Notes: a model not told the origin generated them from the sequence alone. DNA of 64,000 nucleotides from Nitrospirota bacterium (GCA_963721805.1 CAVRJY010000001.1:832001-896000); one strand, 5' to 3'; positions 29,881-39,807 are shown, counted from the stretch's first letter. A program made the numbers and translations.

Positions 29881-31326
29881 ATGACGATCGAGGGCATCAG
29901 GCGCATAGACGATTACCGCATCGAGGTCCCGGCCACGTTTAAGCCGGGGATGCGAACGCGCGGGCTGATATTCCTTGACCGCGGCCTTGAGAGTTCGCTG
30001 GAACTCAAGTCAATTCAGCAGGTCGCGAACGTGGCCATGCTGCCGGGCATCGTCGGGGCCTCGCTCGCGATGCCGGACATCCATATGGGTTATGGTTTTG
30101 CCATCGGCGGCGTCGCGGCGTTCGACCTCAAGACCGGCGTTGTGTCACCCGGAGGCGTGGGGTATGACATCAACTGCGGGGTGCGGCTCCTGCGCACCAA
30201 CCTTATGAAACAAGACGTAGCCCCCCGCATCAAGGAGATCGTGACAGCGCTATATAACGACGTCCCGGCGGGCGTAGGCTCCAAGGGCAGGCTGCGGCTG
30301 AGCCCCGAGGACGAGCGCCGGATACTCATGCAAGGCGCGCGCTGGGCCGTGGATCAGGGCATGGGCGGCAAGAGCGACCTTGAGCATACCGAATCAGGCG
30401 GCTGCATCGAGGGCGCGGACCCGGATCTCATAAGCCCCAAGGCATACGAGCGCGGCCGCCAGCAGCAGGGCACGCTCGGCTCGGGCAACCACTTTTTGGA
30501 GATCCAGTTCATCGACGAGATATATGATGAGAAGGCCGCGGAAGCCATGGGGCTCCATGAGGGCCAGGTCACGGTGATGATACACACCGGCTCGCGCGGG
30601 CTCGGCCATCAGGTCTGCACCGACTTTCTGGAGGTCATGGCGCGCGCCGCGAACAGATACAACATCGACCTGCCGGACAGGGAACTCGCCTGTGCGCCGA
30701 TTATGAGCAAGGAGGCCAAGAACTACCTCGCGGCCATGGCCGCCGCGGCGAACTACGCATGGGCCAACCGCCAGTGCATCATGCACTGGTGCTCCGAGGC
30801 CCTGATGCGCGTGATCGGCTCGTCTCCATCCGCTCTGGGGATATCGCTCGTATACGACGTCGCGCACAACATCGCCAAGATAGAGGAGCACGAGTTTGAG
30901 GGCCGCAAGCGCAAACTCATGGTGCACAGGAAGGGCTCGACGCGCGCATTCCCGCCTGGCCACCCCGAGCTTCCGCCCGCTTATCAAAGCCTCGGGCAGC
31001 CGGTGCTCATACCCGGCGACATGGGCCGTGCGTCTTTTGTGCTATTGGGCACCGAGGCGGCGATGCGCGAGACATGGGGCTCTACGTGCCACGGTGCCGG
31101 GCGGCTGCTCTCGCGGCATGCTGCGATAAAGCACGCGAAGGGCCGCGCGATATGGCGCGAGTTAGAGGACAGGGGGATAACCGTTATGTCGCGCGGCCGC
31201 GAGACGCTCGCCGAGGAGATGTCCGAGGCGTACAAGGACGTCTCGGCGGTCGTCGAGGTCGTCCACCGCGCGGGGATATCGACTAAGGTCGCGAGGCTAA
31301 GACCCATGGGGGTGGTGAAGGGATGA
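29881..31326 (+). CDS. rtcB: RNA 2',3'-cyclic phosphate/5'-OH ligase RtcB
   Basis: MPDIHMGYG, GYDINCG, GSGNHF, HTGSRG, HRKG, CHGAGR. Confidence 0.95.
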   Translation: MTIEGIRRIDDYRIEVPATFKPGMRTRGLIFLDRGLESSLELKSIQQVANVAMLPGIVGASLAMPDIHMGYGFAIGGVAAFDLKTGVVSPGGVGYDINCGVRLLRTNLMKQDVAPRIKEIVTALYNDVPAGVGSKGRLRLSPEDERRILMQGARWAVDQGMGGKSDLEHTESGGCIEGADPDLISPKAYERGRQQQGTLGSGNHFLEIQFIDEIYDEKAAEAMGLHEGQVTVMIHTGSRGLGHQVCTDFLEVMARAANRYNIDLPDRELACAPIMSKEAKNYLAAMAAAANYAWANRQCIMHWCSEALMRVIGSSPSALGISLVYDVAHNIAKIEEHEFEGRKRKLMVHRKGSTRAFPPGHPELPPAYQSLGQPVLIPGDMGRASFVLLGTEAAMRETWGSTCHGAGRLLSRHAAIKHAKGRAIWRELEDRGITVMSRGRETLAEEMSEAYKDVSAVVEVVHRAGISTKVARLRPMGVVKG

Positions 31327-31862
31327 AGCTGATAGCAGAGAAGAAGGTCGGGGCGAAGACCCTGCGCGTGGTGCAGGGAGACCTCACCGAGCGCGACACG
31401 GACGCGATCGTCAACGCGGCCAACGAGTATTTGCAACACGGCGGCGGCGTGGCGGGAGCTATAGTCAGCAAGGGCGGACAGATCATCCAGGAAGAGAGCG
31501 ACCGCATAGGCTTTACGCCCGTCGGCACAGCGGTGATAACCGGGGCGGGCAGGCTGCATGCCCGCTACGTGATCCATACGGTAGGGCCGCGCATGGGCGA
31601 GGGCGACGAGAACTTCAAGCTCATTAGCGCGGTGCGCAGCGTGCTCGAACTCGCCTCGGGCCGGGGGCTTAAGAGCATCTCGATGCCAGCCGTGAGCGCC
31701 GGGATATTTGGGTTTCCGAAGGAGCGGTGCGCGGCGATACTGGTGGGTGAATCCGCGCGCTACCTCGCATCTCACCCTGACAGCAGCCTTGAGCTTGTGG
31801 AGTTCTGCCTGCACGACGGCATGATGGCCGCGCTCTTTGAGGCGGAGCTAAAGCAGCTCTAG
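31323..31862 (+). CDS. Macrodomain protein (YmdB/MacroD-type ADP-ribosylhydrolase)
   Basis: GDLT, AIVNAAN..L.HGGGVAGAI, VIHTVGP, SAGIFGFP; ATGA overlap with rtcB. Confidence 0.92.
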   Translation: MKLIAEKKVGAKTLRVVQGDLTERDTDAIVNAANEYLQHGGGVAGAIVSKGGQIIQEESDRIGFTPVGTAVITGAGRLHARYVIHTVGPRMGEGDENFKLISAVRSVLELASGRGLKSISMPAVSAGIFGFPKERCAAILVGESARYLASHPDSSLELVEFCLHDGMMAALFEAELKQL

Positions 31863-32581
31863 ATGCCTATCCCGATGTCCGGGAAGATGGCCGCGACGTC
31901 GCGGACGCGGTTGGTAAGCAGAAGGATGCCGAAGATTATCAGCAGGATGCCGCTTACGAGCTTTATGACGCGCATGAACCGTCCGATCACGCTCATGCGG
32001 GCCAGAAACGTGTTAAACGCGAGCGCGGCGAGGAAAAAAGGCACCGCGAGCCCCGCCGAGTAGACCGCGAGGAGCTTAAACCCGTACATCGTCGAGCCCT
32101 GCGACGAGGCGACCAATAAAATCGATCCCAGTATCGGCCCTATGCACGGGGTCCAGCCGGCGGCGAAGGTCATCCCTACTATGAATGTGCCGAAGTATCC
32201 CGCGGGCTTCCCCGTGAAGTGTATCTTCTTTGTTGCCTGAAGGAAGTCCAGCCTGACGACGTCCGCGATGAAGAACCCAAATACGATGACGAGGATGCCG
32301 CCGATTATGCGGATCCAGTCCTGGTACTCAAATAGTGCCTTCCCGACCAGCGAGGACGACGCACCGAGCGCTACGAAGACGAACGAGAACCCGAGAGTGA
32401 AGATGAACGAGTTTTTGGCCGTGACGATGAGCACGTGCCGCCGGTTGGACTTGTCCGTAAGCTCCTCAAACGCGAGCCCGGTGATGAAGCTGACGTATGA
32501 CGGCACGAGCGGCAGCACGCACGGCGAGAGGAACGATAGCACCCCGGCCAGAAACGCGAGAGGATAGCTAATCTCCTTCAT
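31859..32581 (-). CDS. ccdA: Cytochrome c biogenesis protein CcdA
   Basis: SFLSPCVLPLVP and GWTPCIGPIL. Confidence 0.92.
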   Translation of the reverse strand: MKEISYPLAFLAGVLSFLSPCVLPLVPSYVSFITGLAFEELTDKSNRRHVLIVTAKNSFIFTLGFSFVFVALGASSSLVGKALFEYQDWIRIIGGILVIVFGFFIADVVRLDFLQATKKIHFTGKPAGYFGTFIVGMTFAAGWTPCIGPILGSILLVASSQGSTMYGFKLLAVYSAGLAVPFFLAALAFNTFLARMSVIGRFMRVIKLVSGILLIIFGILLLTNRVRDVAAIFPDIGIGI

Positions 32582-33063
32582 CTGCCGCAGTCCTCCGTCG
32601 AGCCCTTCAGTTTATCTATCGCGTGCTGCAGTACGTCTACTATAGCCATGAGGCCCTCCATCGCCGCCTTCTCGCTCCCCGGCAGGTTTATTATCATACA
32701 CCGTCCCCGCGTCCCCGCGACCCCCCTGGAGAGCATCGCGCGCCGCGTGGCCTGCATACCCGCGGCCCGCATCGCCTCGGCTATGCCGGGGACCTCGCGG
32801 TCTATGACCGAGCCCGTGGCCTCGGGCGTGATATCGCGTGGCGAAAGCCCGGTGCCCCCGGTCGTGAGTATCAGATCCGCCTGTTCGGAGAGCCGCAGCA
32901 GGGCCTCTATTATGTTTTCCGCCTCGTCGGGGACGATCTCGGCCGAGAGCACGCTGATGCCCGCGCCCTCAAGCGCGCGGCGCAGGGCAGGGCTGCTCGT
33001 GTCCTCGCGGAGCCCGGCCGAGCCGCGGTCGCTGACCGTCAGCACGCAGGCGTTTATGGGCAT
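32578..33063 (-). CDS. MogA/MoaB molybdopterin adenylyltransferase
   Basis: LTVSD, TTGGTG, RDITPEA, NLPGS. Confidence 0.9.
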   Translation of the reverse strand: MPINACVLTVSDRGSAGLREDTSSPALRRALEGAGISVLSAEIVPDEAENIIEALLRLSEQADLILTTGGTGLSPRDITPEATGSVIDREVPGIAEAMRAAGMQATRRAMLSRGVAGTRGRCMIINLPGSEKAAMEGLMAIVDVLQHAIDKLKGSTEDCGR

Positions 33064-33491
33064 ACCACGCTGTCGCCGGGCCTGAGCTTGCCGCCCTTTA
33101 TGACCCTGATGAAGATACCCTCGCGGGGCATCACACAGTCACCGGCCTGTTCGTATATCGCACAGCGGCTGTGGCAGGTCTTGCCTATCTGCGTGACCTC
33201 GCCCACGACATCGCCGCCGAGCCTGATCCGGGTCCCTATCGGGAGCGAGACGAGGTCGATCCCCTCGGTCGTTATGTTCTCGGCGAAATCTCCGGGGCCG
33301 ACCTTGAGGCCCATCGCGAGCATCTTTTGGATGCTCTCAAGAGCGAGCAGGCTGATCTGCCTGTGCCAGTCCGGTGAGGCGTGGGCGTCGCCCTCGATCC
33401 CGAATTCGGCCCTGACCGAGGCCTCGGCCACATGGGACTTCCGCATCCCCTTTTTTTCGCTTATGTTGATAGAGACTATCGTGCCGGTCAT
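33054..33491 (-). CDS. MOSC domain protein
   Basis: GDAHA, RQISLL, GDFAEN, QIGKTCH, CVMPREG. Confidence 0.9.
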   Translation of the reverse strand: MTGTIVSINISEKKGMRKSHVAEASVRAEFGIEGDAHASPDWHRQISLLALESIQKMLAMGLKVGPGDFAENITTEGIDLVSLPIGTRIRLGGDVVGEVTQIGKTCHSRCAIYEQAGDCVMPREGIFIRVIKGGKLRPGDSVVCP

Positions 33492-33505
33492 CTACTCTTA
33501 AAATA

Positions 33506-34543
33506 TCACAAACATTCGGCCCGATGCGCGATCCGGCCCCCTCCGAGCACTAGGTCCCCGGCATACAGGACCGCCGACTGCCCCGGCGCTGGCGCCCAGA
33601 CCGGGCTGTCAAACTCTATGCGCAGCGTGCCCTTGCCGAGGACATGCACGGTTGCAGGCGCGGGCTCCATCATAGAGCGCACCTTGACGTCAGCCCTGAA
33701 CTCAGGCGCACCGGGCGGCACGAGCCATTGCAGATCGACGGCGGTGCAGCCGCCCTGCATCGCGTCTATGCCCACGGTGATCGTATTGCGGCCGGGGTCG
33801 ATCTCAGTAACGTACATCGGTTCGGCATGCGGGAAGTCGAGGCCCTTCCTCTGCCCCAGTGTATAGCGCTCGATGCCGTGGTGCGTGCCTACGGCCGCGC
33901 CCGAGGCGTCGAGTATGGGGCCGGGCCGTCCGGGCTCCAGCCTGCATTCCCTGAGCGCGGCGGTGTAGTCCCCGCCTTCGATGAAGCATATCTCCTGGCT
34001 GTCCTCGCGAAGGGCCGACGGCAGGCCGAAAGATGCCGCGAGCTCGCGCGTCCGGGCCTTTGTGAGTCCACCGAGCGGGAGCGTGAGCATCGAGATCGTC
34101 TCGGCCCCTATGCGGTATAGGACGTATGACTGGTCTTTCTTCGGGTCGGCTCCGCGCAGGAGCATACGGCCCTCGGTGCGCGCGTAGTGGCCGGTTGCGA
34201 CGCGTTCGGCACCGCACTGGCGCGCGTGGGCCATCAGAGATGGGAACTTAAGGCGGCGGTTGCACTCGATGCAGGGGTTCGGGGTGAGGCCGGAGGCGTA
34301 AGCCTCGGCGAAAGGCCGGATGACGAGGCGGCTGAACTCAGCTCTCAGGTCTACTACGTCCAGCGGGATCCCGAGCGCCGATGCGCTCTGCCTTGCGCTC
34401 TCAACGGCGCTCTCGCCTGAGCAGGCTTCGGAGTCCGGCGCCATCAGGAACGTGACGCCCCTGACCTCGTGGCCTTCGCGCTGAAGCAGGGCCGCCGAGG
34501 TCGAGGAGTCCACGCCACCGCTCATACCGACCAGAATTAGCAT
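33506..34543 (-). CDS. mnmA: tRNA 2-thiouridylase MnmA
   Basis: MSGGVDS, TPNPCIECN, ATGHYA, KDQSY, SQEICF, PGQ. Confidence 0.93.
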   Translation of the reverse strand: MLILVGMSGGVDSSTSAALLQREGHEVRGVTFLMAPDSEACSGESAVESARQSASALGIPLDVVDLRAEFSRLVIRPFAEAYASGLTPNPCIECNRRLKFPSLMAHARQCGAERVATGHYARTEGRMLLRGADPKKDQSYVLYRIGAETISMLTLPLGGLTKARTRELAASFGLPSALREDSQEICFIEGGDYTAALRECRLEPGRPGPILDASGAAVGTHHGIERYTLGQRKGLDFPHAEPMYVTEIDPGRNTITVGIDAMQGGCTAVDLQWLVPPGAPEFRADVKVRSMMEPAPATVHVLGKGTLRIEFDSPVWAPAPGQSAVLYAGDLVLGGGRIAHRAECL

Positions 34544-34644
34544 GTAAAGTGGCGTCCCTGCATGGTGTTAATTATAACCTATGAACTGATATAATTAATC
34601 CATATGAAGGCGGAGGGTACGATGGGCGGAGGGCGCCCCTCATT

Positions 34645-35988
34645 ATGACGTCCGGTCAGGACTGTGTTTTCATAGCCGACACCTCGGCGCGAGTGATCTA
34701 TTCAGACAAAAACCTGTGCTCTACGTGCGGCCTCGGCGAGACCGAGTTCCTAGGCAGGGGGCTTGTTGAGATAGCCAAACATTTCGACGCCCCGGCCGAG
34801 TTCGGGACCGTTCCCCAGAGCACGATCACGCACCTCTGCGAGAAGACGTCCAGGGAGGGCATGAAGCAGACGTTCGAGCTTTCGCTCGTGCCTGTCAGGG
34901 ACCGGGGCGGGGCGGTCTCGTCCGTAGTCGGGAGGGTCAGGGACGTCACCGACGAGGCCCGCTCTCAGGGGGTGATGAAAAAATACGCCGAGGGCCTCGC
35001 GCTCCTCTACGAACTCTCGGCCCTGTTTTTAAATGCGCGCGGGCTTAAAGAGGCGCTTACGAAGGCCCTCGATATGGTCCGGAATTATTACGACGCCGAC
35101 TGCACCCACGTGCTGTTCCCAGACGCCGGGGGCGTCGCCCTCGAGGTCTTCGCCGGGGCCGGGGATAGCGGCGGCATCGTGATCCCGGTCTCGCAAGAGG
35201 ACCAGGCCGGCGCAACGCTGCTGGACCAGTGCCCGGTGATCGTGATGGACTACGCCAAGGAGGCGCGCTACCGCCTCTCGGAATACTACGCCGCGCTCGG
35301 CATCCGCAGCGGCGTATGCGTGCCGATGTCGGCCGAGGGCCGCGTCACGGGCGTGCTCTGCATCTATTACAAGGAGCCCAGGGAGATCGACACCGGGGGG
35401 CTATGGTATATGAACGTCGTCGCCAACTCGCTCGCTGTCTATATCGAGAAGGAGCGCTCGCTGGAGAAGCTCGGCAAGTCCGAGGCGTTTCTGTCCTCGG
35501 TGCTGGAAGGCATAGGGGAGGGCGTAGTCGTCATAGACCGGGAGTTTAACATCCTCTCGGCCAACAACAGTTATTACGAGCAGGTGAAGTACGTGCCCGA
35601 TGACGCCGTCGGGCTTAAGTGCTATCAGATCTCCCACCGGATCGCCGTGCCCTGCTTCGAGGCGGGCGACGCCTGCGCCGTCAAGAAGGTCTTCGATACC
35701 GGCCGGGCGCAAAGCGAGATTCACACCCACCGCGACAAGCTCGGCAACCCCGTGCACGTCGAGACGAACGCATACCCGATATTCGACAGCAAGGGCGAAC
35801 TCGTCTCGGCGGTCGAGACGCTTACGAACATCACCGAGCGGATGCGGCTTGAGAAGGACCTCGAGAAGCGCGTGCGCGAACTCGAGGACTTCTACGAGAT
35901 GGCCGTGGGCAGGGAGCTCAAGATGATCGAGCTTAAGGAATCCATCGAGGCGCTCAGGCAGGAATTAAAGAGGCTCGGAGGGCAATGA
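34645..35988 (+). CDS. PAS-GAF-PAS sensor protein without a catalytic output domain
   Basis: PAS/PAC, GAF (SGVCVPM...GVL), Cys-containing PAS (KCYQ..H...PC....C), ends in coiled coil VGRELKMIELK. Confidence 0.75.
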   Translation: MTSGQDCVFIADTSARVIYSDKNLCSTCGLGETEFLGRGLVEIAKHFDAPAEFGTVPQSTITHLCEKTSREGMKQTFELSLVPVRDRGGAVSSVVGRVRDVTDEARSQGVMKKYAEGLALLYELSALFLNARGLKEALTKALDMVRNYYDADCTHVLFPDAGGVALEVFAGAGDSGGIVIPVSQEDQAGATLLDQCPVIVMDYAKEARYRLSEYYAALGIRSGVCVPMSAEGRVTGVLCIYYKEPREIDTGGLWYMNVVANSLAVYIEKERSLEKLGKSEAFLSSVLEGIGEGVVVIDREFNILSANNSYYEQVKYVPDDAVGLKCYQISHRIAVPCFEAGDACAVKKVFDTGRAQSEIHTHRDKLGNPVHVETNAYPIFDSKGELVSAVETLTNITERMRLEKDLEKRVRELEDFYEMAVGRELKMIELKESIEALRQELKRLGGQ

Positions 35989-37622
35989 AGCAGCGGCTGG
36001 CCTGGCCGATAGCGCTCTCCGGCTGGTTCCTGGCCGGGTTTTATCTCTATTACGAGTGGATCGAATACGGCGCCGGTCTCGGCAACCACCTCGTCTCGAC
36101 CGAATCGGGGACCGGCCTCCTGTTCCATCTGTTCATCTTCGGCGCGCCGCTGGTCTCGACCTATCTGGGCTATGTCGTCCACGAGCGCATGAAGCTCATG
36201 GGCGGCGTCAGGGAGCTTGAGGCCCGCTACCGCGACTATTTCGAGAACGCCCCGGTGGCATACCATACGGCCCTGCCCGACCAGACGCTCATGGAGGTCA
36301 ACGGCACGTGGCTGCGGCTGCTCGGATACGTGCGCGAGGAGGTCGCGGGGAGGATGAAGTTTTCAGACCTCGTGGCCCCGGCCTGCATGCAGCAATACGC
36401 GGCCTGCTGCGAGAAATTCCTCCTAGACGGCGCGGTCGACAACTCCGAACTCGTGCTCGTCAAGAAAGACGGATCGAGCGTACCGGTCATCGTCAGCGCC
36501 ACGATGGTGCGCGACGGCGCGGGCCGCCCCAGCCTCACGCGCACCATCCTGCGCGACATAAGCGAGCGCAAGGCTTATGAGGCCGCCCTCACCGGCGCGG
36601 CCGAGCAATGGAGGACCACGTTTGACTCGATGCCCTGGGGCGTGATGCTCATCGACAGGGAATACAACATAATGAGGGCCAACAAATTCGTCTCCGAGAT
36701 GTCGCAGACCGCGGTGCACGAGATAACCGGGCGCAAGTGCTTCGAGCTTATGCACGGCGGCCCGGGCCCTATCGAGGGCTGCCCCCATGCGCTCTCGATG
36801 CTGACCGGCAGCTCCAACGTCCTTGAGTACCATGAGGAGGGCTCGGCCAGGCACTACCGCATCTTCTGCAGCCCGGTCATACAAGACGGCAGGGCGCAGG
36901 CGGTCGTGCACTCCATCGTGGACATCACGGACATCAGGCAGCAGGAGCGCAAACTCCTGGACAGCCGCAACGCCTTCTTCAACATGCTCAAGGACATAAG
37001 CTCGGCCAACAGGGAGCTCCAGGAGCTCTACGACGGCCTCGTCTTCGCGTTCGCCAACGCCATCGACGCTAAGAGCCACTGGACCAAGGGCCACTCGGAG
37101 CGCGTCAGCCGCTTCGCGGTCTCGATCGCGCAGGAGATGAAGATGAAGCAGACGGACATAAACCGGCTCCGCACCGCGGCCCTGCTGCACGACATAGGGA
37201 AGATCGGCACCTACGACTACCTGCTTGACAAGCCCGAGAGGCTCACCGATGAGGAGTACGAGATAGTGAAGGAGCACCCGCTGCACTCGGCCCGGATACT
37301 CGAGCCGCTGACGCAGCTTGCGGACATCATCGACGTGATCAAGTTTCACCACGAGCGGTGGGACGGCCGCGGCTACCCGATCGGGCTTAAGGGCGAGGAC
37401 ATCCCTCAGATGGCGCGGATACTCTGCGTGGCCGACTCCTTCGACTCGATGACCGCGGACAGGCCATACCGCCCAGCGCCGGGCATAGACTACGCCATCA
37501 AGGAACTCAGGGAATGCTCCGGCACCCACTTCGACCCCGGGATCGTAGAGGTCTTCCTCGCGGTGCTCAAGCGCGAGGGCCACATGAAAGAGAGGTTTAC
37601 GTCCGCCCATGGGAGTAATTGA
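35985..37622 (+). CDS. Membrane PAS-PAS HD-GYP c-di-GMP phosphodiesterase
   Basis: HSERV, LLHDIGK, HHERWDGRGYP, DRPYR intact; two N-terminal TMs. Confidence 0.9.
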   Translation: MKQRLAWPIALSGWFLAGFYLYYEWIEYGAGLGNHLVSTESGTGLLFHLFIFGAPLVSTYLGYVVHERMKLMGGVRELEARYRDYFENAPVAYHTALPDQTLMEVNGTWLRLLGYVREEVAGRMKFSDLVAPACMQQYAACCEKFLLDGAVDNSELVLVKKDGSSVPVIVSATMVRDGAGRPSLTRTILRDISERKAYEAALTGAAEQWRTTFDSMPWGVMLIDREYNIMRANKFVSEMSQTAVHEITGRKCFELMHGGPGPIEGCPHALSMLTGSSNVLEYHEEGSARHYRIFCSPVIQDGRAQAVVHSIVDITDIRQQERKLLDSRNAFFNMLKDISSANRELQELYDGLVFAFANAIDAKSHWTKGHSERVSRFAVSIAQEMKMKQTDINRLRTAALLHDIGKIGTYDYLLDKPERLTDEEYEIVKEHPLHSARILEPLTQLADIIDVIKFHHERWDGRGYPIGLKGEDIPQMARILCVADSFDSMTADRPYRPAPGIDYAIKELRECSGTHFDPGIVEVFLAVLKREGHMKERFTSAHGSN

Positions 37623-38517
37623 CTGCATTGGAAATACGCCGCTCGCATCGATAGACACCTTAAACCCAAACCCGGCCGTCAAGGTCTTCGCGAAGCTCGA
37701 GGGCAGCAACCCCGGCGGCTCGGTGAAGGACCGCATAGCGCTGCGCATGGTGAGAAACGCCGAGCGCGACGGCCTGCTCAGCCATGACAAGATCATCCTC
37801 GAGGCCACATCCGGCAACACTGGCATAGGGCTGGCGATGGTCGCCGCGGCGCTCAGCTACAGGGTCAAGCTCACGATGCCGGGCTGCGTGAGCATCGAAC
37901 GGAGGCGCATCCTCGAGGCCCTGGGCGCTGAATTGATCCTGAGCCCGGCCGAGGAGGGCACCGACGGCGCGATCCGCCTCGCCCACAAGATCATGGCCGA
38001 GGAGCCGGGGACGTACTTCATGCCCAACCAGTTTGACAACCCCGCAAACGTCGAGGCCCATTACGACACGACCGGCCGCGAGATCATCGAGCAGACCGGG
38101 GGGAAGGTTACGCACTTCGTGGCCGGGATGGGCACCTCAGGCACGCTGATGGGCGCGGGCCGGAGGCTCAAGGAGTTCAACGCCGGGATACGCATCATAG
38201 GGGCCGAGCCGGTGCTGGGCCACCGCGTGCAGGGGCTTAAGAACATGAGCGAGTCGATCGTGCCCAAGATCTTCGACCCCTCGGTGCTGGACGAGCGCCA
38301 CCTCGTCGGAGACGAGGATGCCTTCAACACCACTCGCATGCTCGCCATAAAGGAAGGCATATTCTGCGGCATGTCCAGCGGCGCTGCGATGAGCCTCGCG
38401 CTCAAGAAGTCCTCCGAGCTCAAGGAGGGGCTCATAGTCGTCATACTCCCTGACCGCGGCGACCGCTACCTTTCGACCGCGCTCTTCACCTCGGTGTGCG
38501 GCAAGTGCCCGCCCTAG
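37609..38517 (+). CDS. cysM: Cysteine synthase (CysM/CysK family)
   Basis: IGNTP, NPGGSVKDR, TSGNTG, GMGTSGT, DRGDRYLS. Confidence 0.88.
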   Translation: MGVIDCIGNTPLASIDTLNPNPAVKVFAKLEGSNPGGSVKDRIALRMVRNAERDGLLSHDKIILEATSGNTGIGLAMVAAALSYRVKLTMPGCVSIERRRILEALGAELILSPAEEGTDGAIRLAHKIMAEEPGTYFMPNQFDNPANVEAHYDTTGREIIEQTGGKVTHFVAGMGTSGTLMGAGRRLKEFNAGIRIIGAEPVLGHRVQGLKNMSESIVPKIFDPSVLDERHLVGDEDAFNTTRMLAIKEGIFCGMSSGAAMSLALKKSSELKEGLIVVILPDRGDRYLSTALFTSVCGKCPP

Positions 38518-38534
38518 GGGGCATATCCACGGCC

Positions 38535-38548
38535 GTCAAAATAATGAC
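38535..38548. promoter_or_regulatory. Palindromic putative enhancer (UAS) GTCA-N6-TGAC
   Basis: (C)GTCAAAATAATGAC(G) about 150 bp upstream of the sigma54 site. Confidence 0.45.
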
Positions 38549-38697
38549 GTTCTGTACGGATTTGTATGTCATGCATTTCTCGCTTAAAGGGTAAAACATT
38601 CCGCGTCCTGATTGGACACTAAGGGGTAACTTTTACTGATAGCGCAAATCCACCTGTAAAATAACGGAAATATTATGAGATCCCGATCTCCGAAACT

Positions 38698-38713
38698 TGG
38701 CACGGCGGTTGCA
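38698..38713 (+). promoter_or_regulatory. Sigma54 (-24/-12) promoter
   Basis: TGGCAC-GGCGG-TTGCA, exact match to TGGCAC-N5-TTGCW, upstream of the GGDEF gene. Confidence 0.8.
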
Positions 38714-38724
38714 TATCAATCGTC

Positions 38725-39807
38725 ATGATGAACAGGGCCAACGGCAAGGGGATGATCGGCAGGATGCTTAGCCGCACGACGGCCGCCCTCCATATCGTAT
38801 CCCACAAGACGAAGAGCGCCGACTACATGGCGCTGAGCCGCTACATCATAAACATCAATACGCTTACGGACATAGACGGGGTGCTCGGCGAGGTCTCCGT
38901 ATGCTTGAGCGAACTCCTCAACTACGAGGTCTTCGGTTTTGCGCTAAAGGACCAGAGCGGCTTTGACGTCTGGGTGGACCCCCGCACGCACAGCGAGCAG
39001 GTGCTGGGCATGGTGGAGCGCGATTTCGGCGGCCCGATGCAGGGCTACAGCCTGCACCACTTCAGCGAGGAGCACGAAGACGCCGCGGCCCCTGACGGCG
39101 CGGACTTCGAGGGGATGCTCTCCTATAGCGTGGCCGGCTCGAACGAGGCCCGGCTGTACGTGCAGCCCCGCAAGAAGATGCTCCCCCGCCACCACGAAAT
39201 CATGGAGGCGGTCGTAAGGTCGCTGGGCGTCGCTATCGGAAACTTGCAGAGGCTCCGCCGCCTCGAGGCCGAGGCCTCCATAGACCCCCTGACCGGCTGC
39301 TACAACCGCAGGACTTTCGAGCGGTTCATATCCCACGAGATCTCCAACGCCAAGCGCCACGGCGGCGCGATCACGATGATAATGTTCGACCTCGACCACT
39401 TCAAGAGGATCAACGACACGTACGGCCACCAGGCCGGCGACCAGGTGCTCGCGGAAGTCAGCGCCTTGGCAAGGAAGACCATCCGCTCAAGCGACTACGT
39501 CGTGCGCTACGGCGGCGAGGAGTTCGTGATAGTGCTCCACAAGTGCGGGCTCTACAGGGGCATGGTGCTTGCCGAGCGGCTGCGCCGCGAGATCGAGGGC
39601 ATGGACGTCAGCCTCCCGGACGGCCGCGTCATCAAGCTTACGTCGAGCTTCGGCGTGGCGACGCTGCGCGAGGACCAGAGCCTCGAGCCGTTCATCCGCG
39701 AGGCCGACATGATGCTGTATCAGGCCAAGAAGACCCGCAATACGGTCGTGCCGTCTCTGGACGTCCACTCCGCCTTCAGGCTCCAGCCCGCGTTGTCCGC
39801 CTGCTGA
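38725..39807 (+). CDS. Diguanylate cyclase (GGDEF)
   Basis: DPLTG.YNR, DLDHFK.INDTYGH..GD, RSSD I-site, RYGGEEF; true start may be 38752 or 38764. Confidence 0.92.
   Translation: MMNRANGKGMIGRMLSRTTAALHIVSHKTKSADYMALSRYIININTLTDIDGVLGEVSVCLSELLNYEVFGFALKDQSGFDVWVDPRTHSEQVLGMVERDFGGPMQGYSLHHFSEEHEDAAAPDGADFEGMLSYSVAGSNEARLYVQPRKKMLPRHHEIMEAVVRSLGVAIGNLQRLRRLEAEASIDPLTGCYNRRTFERFISHEISNAKRHGGAITMIMFDLDHFKRINDTYGHQAGDQVLAEVSALARKTIRSSDYVVRYGGEEFVIVLHKCGLYRGMVLAERLRREIEGMDVSLPDGRVIKLTSSFGVATLREDQSLEPFIREADMMLYQAKKTRNTVVPSLDVHSAFRLQPALSAC

Noticed and set aside
34604..34648. 14-codon uORF overlapping the PAS/GAF start (ATGA)
   Set aside because: Too short to distinguish from chance, and the main gene has its own GGAGGG site
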